A stretch of DNA of 64,000 nucleotides. Origin: Eremomyces bilateralis CBS 781.70 (Eukaryota). The stretch is from assembly GCA_010015585.1 (NCBI GenBank), contig ML975149.1; one strand, given 5' to 3'. Positions 62,683 to 64,000 of the stretch are shown here, in pieces (position 1 is the first letter of the stretch; every line of letters begins with the position of its first letter). A program made the position numbers and the translations under genes. Under the pieces are notes generated by a model. That model made no database searches, was not told the DNA's origin, and saw nothing but the letters and a program-made list of their open reading frames with translations.

Positions 62683-63574
62683 ATGCTAGGCTCTCTGCTA
62701 GTTGCATCTACCCTCCTTCCATTCGTCTTGGCTGGCGAATTATGGCAGCCGATACAGCGATCCCGTTTCCAGATCGTCCTGAACCGGCCTATGAAGGTAG
62801 ACCCTCAAGGAAATGTCTCTCCGGACGCCACAATCTTCGATATCGACCTGTTTGACAACGATCCGACGACGATTGCCACGCTGAAGGGTCAAGGAAAAAA
62901 AACCATCTGCTACTTCTCTGCTGGGACGTACGAGCCGTACCGTCCAGATAGCCGTCAGTTTCAGAGAAATGATATGGGGGCCCGACTCCCGGAGTGGCGG
63001 GATGAGAAGTGGCTCGACGTTAACAGCCAGAATGTCCGCAAGATCATGGCCAACCGTATTCAGCTTGCTGCCGATAAAGGCTGTGATGGGGTTGATCCAG
63101 ATAACATGGGTATGTCTTCCCACGTTTTCCATTACGACTTGGAGATATCTAACTATCACAGATGGCTACACGTATCGCCGCAACGGAGTGAGCCTCCGCA
63201 AAGCCGATACTGTCAAATACATGCGTTTCCTCTCCACAGAAGCCGAGAAGCGTGGCCTCTCCATCGGCCTCAAAAATGCTCTTGACATCGTCGAGGATGT
63301 TTTACCCTTTACCCAGTTCGCCGTGAACGAACAGTGCGCAGAGTACAAGGAGTGCGACGCCTATCAACCGTTTCTCGATGCTGGCAAGCCGGTCTTCCAT
63401 ATCGAATATCCGAAGGCCGCGCCCCGGATCAGTGGGAAGGATGTGCAGAAAGCATGCGAGGATAGATTTACTGGAAGTAGCATGGGAAACTTCTCGACCG
63501 TTTTGAAGAATTGGGATCTTGATGGATGGGCGGCGTTTTGCGATGGGAGTTCCGCCGAGACGGCCGTTTTGTAA
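62683..63574 (+). CDS. Secreted GH114 endo-alpha-1,4-polygalactosaminidase (2 exons, intron about 63109-63162)
   Basis: Signal peptide, FDIDLFD, ICYFSAGTYE, GCDGVDPDNM|DGY, GLKNA, FAVNEQC and KPVFHIEY. Confidence 0.92.
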
Positions 63575-64000
63575 AGACAATGGTTTGTTTATGTTCTCAT
63601 TCTGTATTATTATCGCCCTTTTCGGACAGACAAACGGATATGATATGAGTAACTAAAAGGCGCACTCGGGAGCAGATATGATATGAATTTCATCGCTGGT
63701 ATTTATCGGTAGCTGGAGTGCTTCGATTTCGAGTGATCTCATTGGATCGTCCCCCGATGCCATGCATCCTTCATCTCAATCCTCCCAAGTCCCAACCCTT
63801 TTCATTCATCTTTCATCATCATTTAATCCAGTCGCCACCGAGACATTTGGGAACAGTATTGATGCTCGCAAGTCCTTCCGATTTAGACATTCTACGCGTC
63901 TAAAATGCTACCGTAAGGCTCATAGACCTTCCCTTATGGCATCCGTTTCAAGCCACATGACGAGGCCTTGCTAAGGCTCTGGCAAGGCTGACCGCTGCGC

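Noticed and set aside
1..64000. tRNA/rRNA genes
   Set aside because: None recognised by eye; tRNAscan-SE or Infernal would be needed to exclude them.

Overview
Eukaryotic genomic DNA from a filamentous ascomycete (Pezizomycotina; short GT-AG introns with CTAAC/CTGAC branch sites). The backbone is housekeeping genes: a WD40 protein, a PIN-domain protein, TRAX, a probable meiotic Zip2/SHOC1-like XPF protein, an F-box-like protein, CAB4, an AhpD-like protein, PRP46, ORC1, REV7, PKC1, HIR1, a sugar porter beside an XlnR-family regulator, BNA4/KMO, a homocysteine S-methyltransferase and a GH114. Accessory DNA interrupts it. The most striking item is a 6.36-kb DNA transposon at 30934-37290 between PKC1 and HIR1. 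It has TAG...CTA inverted termini, a target-site duplication (CGCAAAGG/CGTAAAGG), a DUF6589-like DDE transposase and a convergent RecQ-like helicase, so it looks like an AcademH-type element inactivated by RIP-like transitions. The window also holds nested Tc1/mariner and hAT relics at its start and a beta-propeller lectin pseudogene with Trp-to-TAG stops. All family calls come from motif recognition by eye; no database searches were run, and exon boundaries are manual predictions.
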